Source: an uncultured delta proteobacterium (GTDB lineage Bacteria > Desulfobacterota > RBG-13-43-22). From it: 64,000 bases of DNA. Numbering within the stretch: position 1 is the stretch's first letter; every line of letters starts with the position of its first letter. The notes beneath the pieces are model-generated. The model did no database searches. It had not been told where the DNA came from and was given only the letters and a program-made list of their open reading frames with translations. The stretch covers positions 320,001 to 384,000 of the forward strand of contig CAWJJC010000020.1 of assembly GCA_963843145.1 (NCBI GenBank). Direction: 5' to 3'. A program made the translations under genes and the position numbers. Positions 44,203 to 53,913 of this stretch are shown piece by piece.

Positions 44203-45219
44203 ATGATGGAGGCTCGGTTTTATGAAAAAAAGAAAGAACAACAAGCCCACTGCTTCTTGTGCAACCATCACTGTCTGATTAAGGAGGGGGAAAGAGGGCT
44301 CTGCGGGGTCCGGGAGAATCGGAAGGGGAGCCTCTATTCACTGGTTTACGCCCGGCCCATCGCTACCCACGTGGACCCCATTGAGAAAAAGCCGCTCTTT
44401 CATTTCTTGCCGGGATCCCGGTCCTTTTCCCTGGCCACCGCCGGCTGTAACTTTCGCTGCCTTTTCTGTCAGAACGCCGACATCTCCCAGTTGCCCCAGG
44501 ATCAGGGGAAAATACCCGGCGAGGAGGTCTCCCCGGAGGATATCGTGGCCGCCGCCCGGCAGGCCGGTTGTCAATCCATCGCTTACACTTATACGGAGCC
44601 GACCATTTTTTTTGAATACGCCCAGGACATCGCCATACTGGCCGCAGCGCAGGGGTTAAAGAACGTCTTCGTCACCAACGGGTATATGTCCGCGGAGGCC
44701 CTGCAATCTATTCATCCCCTGCTCCACGGGGCCAATGTGGATTTGAAGTCCTTTCGGGAAGCCTTTTATCAAAAGCAATGCGGGGCCAAACTGTCTCCGG
44801 TCCTGAAGACCTTGAAGTCCATGAAGGGAATGGGGGTGTGGCTGGAAATCACCACCTTAATCATTCCCACCCTGAACGATTCGAAGGAAGAATTGCGGGA
44901 ATTGGCCACCTTCATCCTCCAGGAACTGGGCCCGGAGACCCCCTGGCACATCAGCCGCTTTCACCCGACGTTTCGTCTAACCGACCTGCCGGTTACACCG
45001 GTCAAGACCCTGCAGCAGGCTTGGGAAATCGGCCGGGAAGTGGGACTCCATTATGTTTACACCGGGAATGTGCCCGGCGATCAAGGGGAGAAAACCTATT
45101 GCCATCACTGCGGCCGTCTACTTCTGGACCGATTTGGATTTACCATTTTGAAAAATGAATTGAATCAAGGCCGCTGCCCTCAATGCCTGGAAGCGCTGGC
45201 GGGGGTCGGCCTGTCCTGA
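44203..45219 (+). CDS. amrS: AmmeMemoRadiSam radical SAM enzyme (PFL-activase-like)
   Basis: CFLCNHHC..GLCGVR, DPIEKKPLFHF, GCNFRCLFCQN, YTYTEP and WHISRFHP. Confidence 0.9.
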   Translation: MMEARFYEKKKEQQAHCFLCNHHCLIKEGERGLCGVRENRKGSLYSLVYARPIATHVDPIEKKPLFHFLPGSRSFSLATAGCNFRCLFCQNADISQLPQDQGKIPGEEVSPEDIVAAARQAGCQSIAYTYTEPTIFFEYAQDIAILAAAQGLKNVFVTNGYMSAEALQSIHPLLHGANVDLKSFREAFYQKQCGAKLSPVLKTLKSMKGMGVWLEITTLIIPTLNDSKEELRELATFILQELGPETPWHISRFHPTFRLTDLPVTPVKTLQQAWEIGREVGLHYVYTGNVPGDQGEKTYCHHCGRLLLDRFGFTILKNELNQGRCPQCLEALAGVGLS

Positions 45220-45271
45220 TAAATTATTTTGAAAAAAAATAAATTATTCTTGTCAAAATTGTATTTTTTTC

Positions 45272-45300
45272 TTGACATACTATATATGGTATTCTAAAAT
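45272..45300 (+). promoter_or_regulatory. Near-consensus sigma70 promoter of the histone-like gene
   Basis: TTGACA-17 bp-TAAAAT, preceded by an A/T-rich UP-like tract. Confidence 0.75.
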
Positions 45301-45337
45301 CGCAACAAATACCATATATCCGAAAGGAGGAGACACC

Positions 45338-45535
45338 ATGGCAGCAACCAAAAAAGCAAAGGCTCCGGCGAAGAAAGCAACCGCAAAGGCCGCTCCCAAG
45401 AAAGCAGCCACGACCGCCAAGAGCCCAAGCAAGAAAGCGACGGCCAAAAAGGCGCCGGCCAAAAAGGCCGCTCCGGCCAAGAAAGCCGCCGCTTCCAAGG
45501 CCCCGGCCAAAAAGGCCCCGGCTAAAAAGAAATAG
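45338..45535 (+). CDS. Histone H1-like Lys/Ala-rich protein, 65 aa
   Basis: MAATKKAKAPAKKATAKAAPKK... with PAKK repeats; RBS AAGGAGG. Confidence 0.85.
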   Translation: MAATKKAKAPAKKATAKAAPKKAATTAKSPSKKATAKKAPAKKAAPAKKAAASKAPAKKAPAKKK

Positions 45536-45586
45536 CCGGGTGGTTGTTGTTCGCTAGGTAAGTTTTAATAATTTAGCCTCACCTTT

Positions 45587-45647
45587 AAAAGGGAAGGAGG
45601 GTCGATTCTTCAAAAGAGGAAAGGCCCGCAGTGCCTTCCTTTTTTTT
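45587..45647 (+). terminator. Intrinsic terminator
   Basis: AAAAGGGAAGG pairs with CCTTCCTTTT, followed by a T-run. Confidence 0.55.
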
Positions 45648-45809
45648 GTCCTTTTTTTGGCCCTTCCCGATGCAGCCGGTTCGCAGGTTTCCCCCTAAAA
45701 TCTTCAGTCCTCGATGGTTGTTTTTTATCAAGAGGATATGGTATACACTACCCGACACGCTGACAACGGGAGCAGACTCCCCTATTCCTTAAAAAGGAAA
45801 TGAACGCCC

Positions 45810-46466
45810 ATGGAATGGTTCAATCAACTGTTGGAATTGTTTCTTCATTTAGATAAACACCTCAATGCCGTCATCCAGGCTTACGGGCTTTGGACGTACC
45901 TCATTCTGTTTATTGTTATTTTTTGTGAAACCGGACTGGTGGTCACCCCGATCCTGCCCGGCGATTCCCTCCTGTTTGCATCCGGCGCCTTCGCCGCCCT
46001 CGGGTCGCTGGATCCTTGGTGGCTGCTGGTCCTGTTAGGTATCGCCGCCGTGGCCGGGGATACGGTCAACTACTGGATCGGGCATTATGTTGGACCCAAA
46101 GTCTTTCAGCGGGCAGACTCCCGGTTTTTTAAAAAGGAATACCTGCAACGAACCCATGCTTTTTACGAACGGCATGGGGGGAAGACAATTATCATCGCTC
46201 GATTTGTACCGATCATCCGGACCTTTGCCCCTTTTGTGGCCGGCATCGGACGGATGTCTTATTCCTGGTTCCTGGCTTATAATGTGGTCGGGGGAGTCGC
46301 CTGGATCGCCCTTTTTGTTCTGGGTGGATACTATTTTGGGAATATGGCGGTGGTGAAGAAAAATTTTACCCTGGTTATTTTGGTCATTATCCTCATCTCC
46401 GTAATGCCGGGCGTCATTGAGTACCTGAGACAACGCCGACTTACCTCCCGGTTAGCGGATAAATAG
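45810..46466 (+). CDS. dedA: DedA family membrane protein
   Basis: [19 protein letters not shown] and [16 protein letters not shown]. Confidence 0.93.
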   Translation: MEWFNQLLELFLHLDKHLNAVIQAYGLWTYLILFIVIFCETGLVVTPILPGDSLLFASGAFAALGSLDPWWLLVLLGIAAVAGDTVNYWIGHYVGPKVFQRADSRFFKKEYLQRTHAFYERHGGKTIIIARFVPIIRTFAPFVAGIGRMSYSWFLAYNVVGGVAWIALFVLGGYYFGNMAVVKKNFTLVILVIILISVMPGVIEYLRQRRLTSRLADK

Positions 46467-46482
46467 TAAGGGGTTCATATTT

Positions 46483-46716
46483 ATGCAATGCCGTTTTCAT
46501 CCCGATCGGGAAGCCGCGGTTAAATGCAGTAAGCTGGAAATCGGCTACTGCCTGGAGTGCCTGGAGGATTGTATGGCCTGCACCGACCCCTGCGGCTATT
46601 GTAAGTTTAGGAAGGCCTGCATCATTTGGGAGAATTGCCGAAAAAGCCCCAGACGCTATCAACTCGAGGAGGAAGCCAAAGGCAGCCTTTCCTCCGAAAA
46701 TAAAAAATCCGATTAG
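46483..46716 (+). CDS. Small Cys-rich protein (B-box-like zinc finger)
   Basis: CRFHP..C..YCLEC..CMACTDPCGYCKFRKAC; short spacers to both neighbours. Confidence 0.7.
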   Translation: MQCRFHPDREAAVKCSKLEIGYCLECLEDCMACTDPCGYCKFRKACIIWENCRKSPRRYQLEEEAKGSLSSENKKSD

Positions 46717-46727
46717 GAATTTCACTC

Positions 46728-48038
46728 GTGGCGAAGAACGCAGCAGAGAAATTAAAGGTGGCCTCCGGGGTCGATCAACTGGACTTTATTCTGGAAGGAC
46801 TGTTCATCGGAGATAACGTGGTTTGGTATGATGATGCGGGCAGTCTGGCCTCGGTTTTCTGTTTGAATTTCATTCGGATTTCTCTATTCCAGAAAAAGCC
46901 GCTCATTTATGTGACCTTTGACCGTTCCCCTAAAAATTTGTTGGAAAAACTGGGACCCCTGGCTCAAAACCCCGCTCTGCTTATCCTGGATTGTTTCACC
47001 TTCGGCAAAGGGGCCGGTTCCTCGATCTTTTTGAAATTTTATGAACAAATAGAATCCCAAGGCCCTTTTAAACTGGTTCAGGTGGAGAATCCCCGGGACA
47101 TGCGTCAGGTAACCGAGGCCCTCTATACGCTACATGGCACGCAAAAGGGAGAGGTCCGTTTTGTCTTTGAAAGTTTAACCGGCATGCAGGAACTCTGGGG
47201 GGGTGAAGACCAGGTGCTTAATTTTTATTCCCATTCCTGCCCCCGCCTCTATGAGTTGAAGACCATCGCCTATTGGATCATGGAAAAAAAGGCCCACTCT
47301 CCCCGGTTTCGAGCCCAGATCAGCCAAATCGCCCAAGTGGCCATTGATCTGGCCATCAAAAGGGGGACCACGTCCCTGACCGTCTTGAAGGCCGAGAAAC
47401 GTAAGTTGGACAACCTCCATCAACCTCATAAATACTGGGCCAAAGATCTAAATATTACTTTTAGTGACGAACGCCGGCTATCCGGCCTCCTGGACCTGGG
47501 CCAGCGTATCAAAGCGCTTCGCCTCAAGCGAGGTCTCTCCCAAACGGAACTCGCCCAATCGGTCGGGGTCACCCCCAGCACCATTTCTCAGGTCGAGAGC
47601 AATCTGATTTATCCCTCCTTGCCGGCCCTGTTTAAAATGGCCGAGATCCTGGCGGTGGAAGGCAGTTCTTTTTTCCTCGAACCAGGGAAGGAAAAAAGCC
47701 GGATCATCTTTCCTTTGCGGGAGGCCACGGACCTGAGGATGACCGGCAGGCCCGAGTTCGGTATTCAAGCGAAGCGCTTGATCCCGGTGGACCTGGAGAC
47801 CAAGGCCGAACCCTTTCTGATCGAGATCCCTCCGCGGCAAAGCCTGTCCAGCCATTTTTTCCTCCACAAGGGCGAAGAAATGGGTTACCTCCTTTCCGGA
47901 AAATTATTGGTTAAGATGGGATCCGGAGAGCATGAACTCCTTCCCGGAGATCTCATCCGGTTGACCTCCGAGATCCCCAACGCCTGGTCCACCCTAGGAC
48001 CGGACCCCGCCAAGCTGCTCTGGTTGCTCATTAAATAA
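46728..48038 (+). CDS. Regulator: degenerate RecA/KaiC-like domain plus XRE HTH plus cupin
   Basis: SGVDQLDFILEGL, YVTFD, VFESLTG; HTH LSQTELAQSVGVTPSTISQVE; cupin HKGEEMGYLLSG. Confidence 0.8.
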   Translation: MAKNAAEKLKVASGVDQLDFILEGLFIGDNVVWYDDAGSLASVFCLNFIRISLFQKKPLIYVTFDRSPKNLLEKLGPLAQNPALLILDCFTFGKGAGSSIFLKFYEQIESQGPFKLVQVENPRDMRQVTEALYTLHGTQKGEVRFVFESLTGMQELWGGEDQVLNFYSHSCPRLYELKTIAYWIMEKKAHSPRFRAQISQIAQVAIDLAIKRGTTSLTVLKAEKRKLDNLHQPHKYWAKDLNITFSDERRLSGLLDLGQRIKALRLKRGLSQTELAQSVGVTPSTISQVESNLIYPSLPALFKMAEILAVEGSSFFLEPGKEKSRIIFPLREATDLRMTGRPEFGIQAKRLIPVDLETKAEPFLIEIPPRQSLSSHFFLHKGEEMGYLLSGKLLVKMGSGEHELLPGDLIRLTSEIPNAWSTLGPDPAKLLWLLIK

Positions 48039-48159
48039 AAACAAAGGAATTAACATTATAATTTTCCGACTTCCGGTTCAAAGGGGATGAACTGGGCACT
48101 GGCACAACTGACTGCCAAGATAGCCGGGAAAGGGACAGACTGGCAATAAGATTTAGGAG

Positions 48160-49836
48160 TTAGGGCGTTTCCCAATCGCGAAAAGCTGTTAACACCTCTT
48201 CTGGGGTTTGGGCTGATTTGAGACCTTGCAGAAGCTGTCTGTTTTGGGCCGCTCGGCTGGTCAGACCTAACACCTTGACCTGAATATCGGGGGTTTGGGC
48301 CGGAGATAGGATCAAAAAAACTATCTCAACGGGTTTTTCAGTAAGGACATCGGAAACCCCTTTTCTGGTTAACCCCAGGGCTACTACCGGGGTCGTCAGG
48401 CCGTTGATCCGGGTGTGGGGGAAGGCCACCCCCTCATTAAAAAAGGTCGATCCCTGTTCTTCCCGCTTAAGGACCTCCTTCAATAAAATCTCCGGATCAC
48501 CGAGGCCATTCTGCTTGGCCAGAGCTTCCGTCAATTCGTGGAGAATAACCTCTTTTCCCACCGGCATATCCCAAATGATGATCTGGTGCGCTGATAGAAG
48601 TTGGGACAACCTCAACTGCTCCGGGGACGGGGGTTTGGTTTCGGAAGGGATCGAAACGGTCGTAGTCACTTCCGGGATCACCCCAGGGGGCTGAGCCTTG
48701 GGAGGGCCTTCTTCACTGGTGTCCAGAATGATAACTGTGATCCCCAAGGCTTTTTTGATCAGTTCGCCGACAATATCTTTATTCTTTCCGAATTTTTTAA
48801 AGAAAGGTTTGGCCCCCGGCCTTCCGATAATGATATGACCCACCCGGTATTCCTTGGCAAAACGGAGGATGGTATCGACGATCTCCTCTCCCTTATAGGT
48901 AAACACCAAGGCACCTAATTGCTTGGCCAAGGTCAAGGTGTCTGAGAGGTGACGCTGGGTTCGGACGTCGATGACCGTGGCTTCTTCGGAAGGGGTCTGA
49001 ACATAAACGGCATACCAGTTTCGATTCAGTTTCCCGGCTAAGCGCGAGGCATACCGGAGTAGTTTATCGCTATTGGGTCCACGCGAGCTCAAGCAGACCA
49101 TGATCTGGTCCGGCGTGATATCGCTTTCTTTTTCCTCCGTCTCCCGCCTCCTTGAATCAATCTGGGAGGCGAGTTCCCGAAGGGTGAGTTCCCGAAGCTT
49201 TTCCAGATTGGAAGTCCTGAAAAAATTACTGAGCGCGGTCTGGATACGCTCCCGGGGATAGATCTTTCCTTCTTCCAATCGTTTTTGTAAGTCTTCGGTG
49301 GACAAATCCACGTCAACGATCTGGTCGGCTTCCGCCAGGACCGAATCGGGAAGGCGCTCCCGGACTTTGACCCCTACGGCCTTTTCGACCATATCATAGA
49401 GACTTTCCAAATGTTGGACATTCAAAGTGGTGATGACATGGATCCCGACGGCCAGGATGTCCTGAACGTCCTGATAGCGTTTTTGGTTCAGGCTGCCGGG
49501 AACATTGGTATGAGCCAGTTCGTCGATAAGGGCCACCTGGGGTTTGCGGGCCAGAATGGCCTCCACATCCATTTCTTCTACCGGAACGCCGCGGTATTCC
49601 TGCCGGCGCCGGGGGATGACCTCCAGCCCTTCAATCAGTTTGGCGATATCGGCCCGGCCGTGGGTTTCCACGAGCCCGACGATCACATCGATCCCATCGT
49701 TTTTAAGCCGATGACCTTCCTGGAGCATCTGATAGGTCTTGCCCACCCCCGGGCAATAGCCCAGATAGACCTTCAACCGGCCACGCTGGGAGTGGCGGAT
49801 CATTCTCAAGAAGGCGTTGGCTCTATCGTCGCTCAT
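48160..49836 (-). CDS. KdpD N-terminal domain plus Usp plus PTS EIIA fusion, no kinase domain
   Basis: GRLKVYLGYCPGVGKTYQML, IDELAHTN, TTLNVQHLESL, LRELTLR; Usp IMVCLSS..IIIGRP; EIIA REEQGSTFFNEGVAFPHTR. Confidence 0.88.
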   Translation of the reverse strand: MSDDRANAFLRMIRHSQRGRLKVYLGYCPGVGKTYQMLQEGHRLKNDGIDVIVGLVETHGRADIAKLIEGLEVIPRRRQEYRGVPVEEMDVEAILARKPQVALIDELAHTNVPGSLNQKRYQDVQDILAVGIHVITTLNVQHLESLYDMVEKAVGVKVRERLPDSVLAEADQIVDVDLSTEDLQKRLEEGKIYPRERIQTALSNFFRTSNLEKLRELTLRELASQIDSRRRETEEKESDITPDQIMVCLSSRGPNSDKLLRYASRLAGKLNRNWYAVYVQTPSEEATVIDVRTQRHLSDTLTLAKQLGALVFTYKGEEIVDTILRFAKEYRVGHIIIGRPGAKPFFKKFGKNKDIVGELIKKALGITVIILDTSEEGPPKAQPPGVIPEVTTTVSIPSETKPPSPEQLRLSQLLSAHQIIIWDMPVGKEVILHELTEALAKQNGLGDPEILLKEVLKREEQGSTFFNEGVAFPHTRINGLTTPVVALGLTRKGVSDVLTEKPVEIVFLILSPAQTPDIQVKVLGLTSRAAQNRQLLQGLKSAQTPEEVLTAFRDWETP

Positions 49837-49846
49837 AAAGGACTTT

Positions 49847-51113
49847 TTATTTCAGTTCAACTGTCTTGGTTTTTTCGCATCCGGCCAGGCGTTCAACCTC
49901 CAATGACAAGGCCACTTGCTTGATCAATGATTCCAAAAGATTCAATTGCTCCGGGTGCCGGAAACGGTCACGATCTGCGGGCCGCAGGACCAAAACGCCC
50001 AAGGTGGAATCGACCGCTCGAATCGGCACATAGAGGTTCTCGGATGTTGGCGAGTGTTGAGTCCCCAACCCCGTTATCTGACCGGTGGTCATAGGCCAAA
50101 TGGGCTATCTTGAATTTCTTTGACAATATCCTGATGGAGCACGGAAGAGGGATCACCGGCAATCACCTTAAGCCTACCCTTGGCCGTTCGACACCAGGGC
50201 CACGGCACGGGCACTCGAAAATCTCCGAGAGATAGTGCACGGTCACTTGGAAGATTTTTTCTATTCCTCTGGTGCCGGCGAGGTGGCGGCTGAGACCATG
50301 CATGGCGGTGGCCTGCCGCTCCTGGTAATTGGGCAACTTGGGCCTGTTGCCGCAATCGGTTAGTCAGGTGACTGATGACCAAGGCCACCAGGAACATGAC
50401 GATGAAGGTAACGATATACTGGGCCTCTTCCACGGTGAATGAAAACCGCGGAGGGACAAAAAAGAAATCAAAACCCAGAACGCTTAAGAGGGAACTAAGG
50501 ATACCCGGACCTCTGTCCGCAGGAAGCGGCCGTTATCATCACGCCCAGCAAATAGATCATTATTAAGATTACTGAGGTGAAAGTAGGGGAACATTAAAAA
50601 ACAGAGCAAGGAAGCCAAGATAAAAATAAGAGGGCTGCTCCATAGTCGGCCAAAGGGATCTTTGGGGTCGAATCGTGTAGGTTTTCTCTCTCTGTTTCCC
50701 GGATTCACCGCTAAGAAGGTAAACATCCGTCTCTTCGCTCAATCGAATCAGTCTATCCACCGGACTCTTCAGGAGAGATCTTTTCCAAAGGCGCCACTCG
50801 GTTTTCCAGCGACAATCCTGGTGATCTTCCGTTGTTTAGCAAAGGCGATAATTTCTTCGGCAATATGGCGACCGGTCACTGTAACGGTCTCGGCCCCCCA
50901 TTGCTCGGCCAAACGCAGATTATCGGAGATACGGTTGCGCGCTTTTTCCAGAAGGGGCAGCGTCTTGGCCTCCTCGACAACTATTACAAACCATTGGGCC
51001 TTTAGATCAGCGGCCATTTTTCGGGCGGCATTTAGGAGTCCGGCGGAAGAAGGGCCCGATCCCAGGCACACCAAAATCCTTTCGGTCTGGGGTGTTACAG
51101 TGTCGTTCGCCAT
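49847..51113 (-). pseudogene. KdpD middle part (Usp, DUF4118 4-TM, GAF) without HisKA/HATPase; several frameshifts
   Basis: ERILVCLGSGPSS..ITRIVAGKP; shifted frames give FDFFFVPPRFSFTV, YIVTFIVMFLVALVISHLT and LYVPIRAVDSTLGVLVL..QVALSLEVERL. Confidence 0.75.
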
Positions 51114-51166
51114 TTGCCTTGTCCTATCCTGGTTTGAGGATTTTGCAACAACTCGTCACAATTTCA

Positions 51167-51751
51167 TCATTGGGTCAGGCGATCCAGAGCCAGATTCAAC
51201 ATCAGAACATTGACCCGGGGTTCACCGAAGATTCCCAGGTCCCGGCCTTCGGTGGCGTGTTCAATCTGCTTCAAAACGGTTTGATCTCCCACCCCCCGGG
51301 CTGCGGCTACACGGGATGCCTGCAGGATGGCGTTTTTCAAACCGATGTGCGGGTCCAGGCCGCTGGCCGAGGCGGTTACGGCATCGGCCGGGACCAAAAC
51401 ATCCGCAGAAAGTTTATTTTCAGCCCGGTATTGGCCCAGGCGTTCTTTAAGGCTATCGTTCAGCTTCTTGGAAAGGGGGCCGAGATTGCTGCCGCCGGAA
51501 CTGAGTCCATCATAGCCTTGCCCGGCGGCTGATGGACGGGGATGAAAGTATTTCGGATCGCTAAACCCCTGGGCGATCAGGCGCGACCCCCTGATCGTCT
51601 GTTTTTCCATGACCAAAGAACCATTGGCCTTATCCGGGAATAATCCCTGGGACAGAGCCCAGACCGCCAGGGGATAAAGACCGCAAACAATCACCGCCAG
51701 GGATAAGGTGGCCAGCAAGGCGATGCGAAGTTCGGCAATAATGTTTTTCAT
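51167..51751 (-). CDS. kdpC: K+-transporting ATPase subunit C
   Basis: ANGSL, YFHPRPSAAG, SGGSNLGP, ASASGLDPHI and VNVLMLNLALD. Confidence 0.95.
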   Translation of the reverse strand: MKNIIAELRIALLATLSLAVIVCGLYPLAVWALSQGLFPDKANGSLVMEKQTIRGSRLIAQGFSDPKYFHPRPSAAGQGYDGLSSGGSNLGPLSKKLNDSLKERLGQYRAENKLSADVLVPADAVTASASGLDPHIGLKNAILQASRVAAARGVGDQTVLKQIEHATEGRDLGIFGEPRVNVLMLNLALDRLTQ

Positions 51752-51784
51752 GGTTTCAAGCCTCTTAGAGTTTCAAATTTCATG

Positions 51785-51878
51785 GCTCAAGGCGCAAGGC
51801 AAAGAGCATAGAGCGTAGAGCCATGAGCTTATGGGTTTAAAGGTTTTCCTTTGAGCTTTCAGCTTTAGAGCTTTGAGC
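51785..51878. repeat. Two opposed arrays of degenerate 7-bp repeats between kdpB and kdpC
   Basis: GCTCAAG GCGCAAG GCAAAGA GCATAGA GCGTAGA GCCATGA GCTTATG, then CTTTGAG CTTTCAG CTTTAGAG CTTTGAG. Confidence 0.75.
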
Positions 51879-53899
51879 TACACTATGTGCAAGGCATTGA
51901 CAATCATATCGATCAGTTTAATACCCGGGAACGGTGCGATCAGACCGCCAAGGCCATAGATCAAAAGGTTACGCTTGAGAAGCACGGCGGCTCCTAAGGG
52001 TCGAAAACGTACCCCCCGCAAAGCCAAAGGGATGAGAGCGACAATGATCAAGGCATTGAAAATGACCGCGCTCAGAATCGCGCTTTGGGGGGACTGAAGG
52101 CCCATAACGTTAAGGGGAGAGATAACCGGAAAGACACTCATCAGCATGGCCGGGATGATGGCAAAGTATTTGGCCACATCATTGGCGATACTGAAGGTGG
52201 TTAAGGCCCCCCGGGTGATCAGCATCTGTTTGCCTATTTCAACCACCTCGATCAATTTGGTCGGGTTGGAATCCAGGTCCACCATATTGCCGGCCTCCTT
52301 GGCCGCCTGGGTCCCGGTGTTCATGGCCACCCCGACATCGGCCTGGGCCAGGGCCGGGGCGTCATTGGTGCCGTCGCCGGTCATGGCTACCAAATGACCG
52401 GCGGCCTGTTCCTTACGAATCAGGGCCAGCTTATCCTCCGGCTTGGCCTCGGCAATGAAATCATCCACCCCGGCCTCCCGGGCAATGGCCTCGGCCGTCA
52501 GCCGGTTGTCTCCGGTGACCATTACGGTTTTGATGCCCATGGCCCTGAATCGTTCGAAACGATCCTTCAGCCCGCCTTTGACAATATCCTTCAAGTGGAT
52601 GGCCCCGAGCACCTTCTCCCTATCGACGACCAGCAGGGGGGTCCCGCCGGAAAGGGAAATAGATTCCACGGCCTTTTGGATCTCCAAAGGAAGATCCGTC
52701 CCGGTAAAGGACTTCACGGCGTCTATGGCCCCTTTGCGGATCTGCCGTTCGTCCACATCCACTCCGCTCATTCTGGTCTGCGCCGAAAAGGTGATAAATT
52801 GGGCATGGGACATTTCAGAGATGGAACGTCCCCTTAAGCCATATTGTTTAGCCAGGACGACGATGCTCCGGCCTTCGGGCGTTTCGTCGGCTAATGAGGC
52901 TAATTGGGCCGCATCGGCCAATTCCTCGACCGTAATCCCCGGGGCCGGGAGAAAGGCAGTGGCCTGGCGGTCTCCCAAGGTAATGGTCCCTGTTTTATCT
53001 AAGAGCAGCACGTCGATATCTCCGGCGGCCTCGACGGCCCGGCCGCTCATGGCCAGGACATTTTTTTGGACCATCCGATCGATCCCGGCGATCCCGATAG
53101 CGCTGAGCAAACCTCCGATCGTGGTGGGGATCAGACAAACCAGCAAGGCCACCAGGACGGTTATGGAGAAGGCCACGCCCGAATAAAGACCGAAGGGCTT
53201 CAAGGTGATGCAGACTATCAAGAAAATGATGGTCAGGGCCGAGAGAAGAATCGTCAGGGCGATCTCGTTGGGGGTTTTCTGACGCTGGGCCCCCTCAACG
53301 AGCTGGATCATACGATCCAAAAAACTTTCCCCCGGGTTGGCGGTTACCAGAACCTTGATCTGGTCCGATAGAACCCGGGTGCCGCCGGTGACGGCGCTTC
53401 GATCGCCGCCGGCTTCGCGGATGACCGGAGCCGACTCCCCGGTGATGGCCGATTCGTCCACCGTAGCCACCCCGGCTATGATTTCGCCGTCAGAGGGGAT
53501 GATTTCCCCAGCCGACACCAGAACGAGGTCGCCCTTTCGCAGGCGGTCGGCTTCAATCTTCTCCGTCGAGTCATCGGATTTCAATCGATTGGCTAAGGTC
53601 TGGGTTCGTGTCTTGCGGAGGGCATTGGCCTGGGCCTTGCCCCGGCCTTCGGCCATGGCCTCGGCAAAATTGGCGAAAAGAACGGTAAACCAGAGCCAAA
53701 GGGTGACTTGCAGGATAAACCCGAAGGGGTCCTTCCCGGATCGCCAAAAGAGACCGATCGTGGTCAGGGCCGCCCCGACTTCGGTCACAAATATAACCGG
53801 ATTTTTCAACATTGAAACCGGATTGAGTTTTTTAAATGAATCGATTATCGCTTGTCCGATAATGGCCCGTTCAAAAAGGGAATGGGTTTTAGCCGCCAT
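51878..53899 (-). CDS. kdpB: K+-transporting P-type ATPase subunit B
   Basis: [30 protein letters not shown] and DVAKYF. Confidence 0.98.
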   Translation of the reverse strand: MAAKTHSLFERAIIGQAIIDSFKKLNPVSMLKNPVIFVTEVGAALTTIGLFWRSGKDPFGFILQVTLWLWFTVLFANFAEAMAEGRGKAQANALRKTRTQTLANRLKSDDSTEKIEADRLRKGDLVLVSAGEIIPSDGEIIAGVATVDESAITGESAPVIREAGGDRSAVTGGTRVLSDQIKVLVTANPGESFLDRMIQLVEGAQRQKTPNEIALTILLSALTIIFLIVCITLKPFGLYSGVAFSITVLVALLVCLIPTTIGGLLSAIGIAGIDRMVQKNVLAMSGRAVEAAGDIDVLLLDKTGTITLGDRQATAFLPAPGITVEELADAAQLASLADETPEGRSIVVLAKQYGLRGRSISEMSHAQFITFSAQTRMSGVDVDERQIRKGAIDAVKSFTGTDLPLEIQKAVESISLSGGTPLLVVDREKVLGAIHLKDIVKGGLKDRFERFRAMGIKTVMVTGDNRLTAEAIAREAGVDDFIAEAKPEDKLALIRKEQAAGHLVAMTGDGTNDAPALAQADVGVAMNTGTQAAKEAGNMVDLDSNPTKLIEVVEIGKQMLITRGALTTFSIANDVAKYFAIIPAMLMSVFPVISPLNVMGLQSPQSAILSAVIFNALIIVALIPLALRGVRFRPLGAAVLLKRNLLIYGLGGLIAPFPGIKLIDMIVNALHIV

Positions 53900-53913
53900 G
53901 ATTCTATGACCCC

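Noticed and set aside
45280-45510. Hydrophobic Ala/Phe/Leu ORF on the minus strand
   Set aside because: It is the antisense reading of the Lys/Ala-rich gene; the promoter and RBS support the + strand.
52443-53909. Long + strand ORFs antisense to kdpB, and similar shadow ORFs opposite glnA, ilvD, the activase and mscL
   Set aside because: They mirror well-supported genes; this is expected from GC-rich codon bias, and they show no motifs or RBS.
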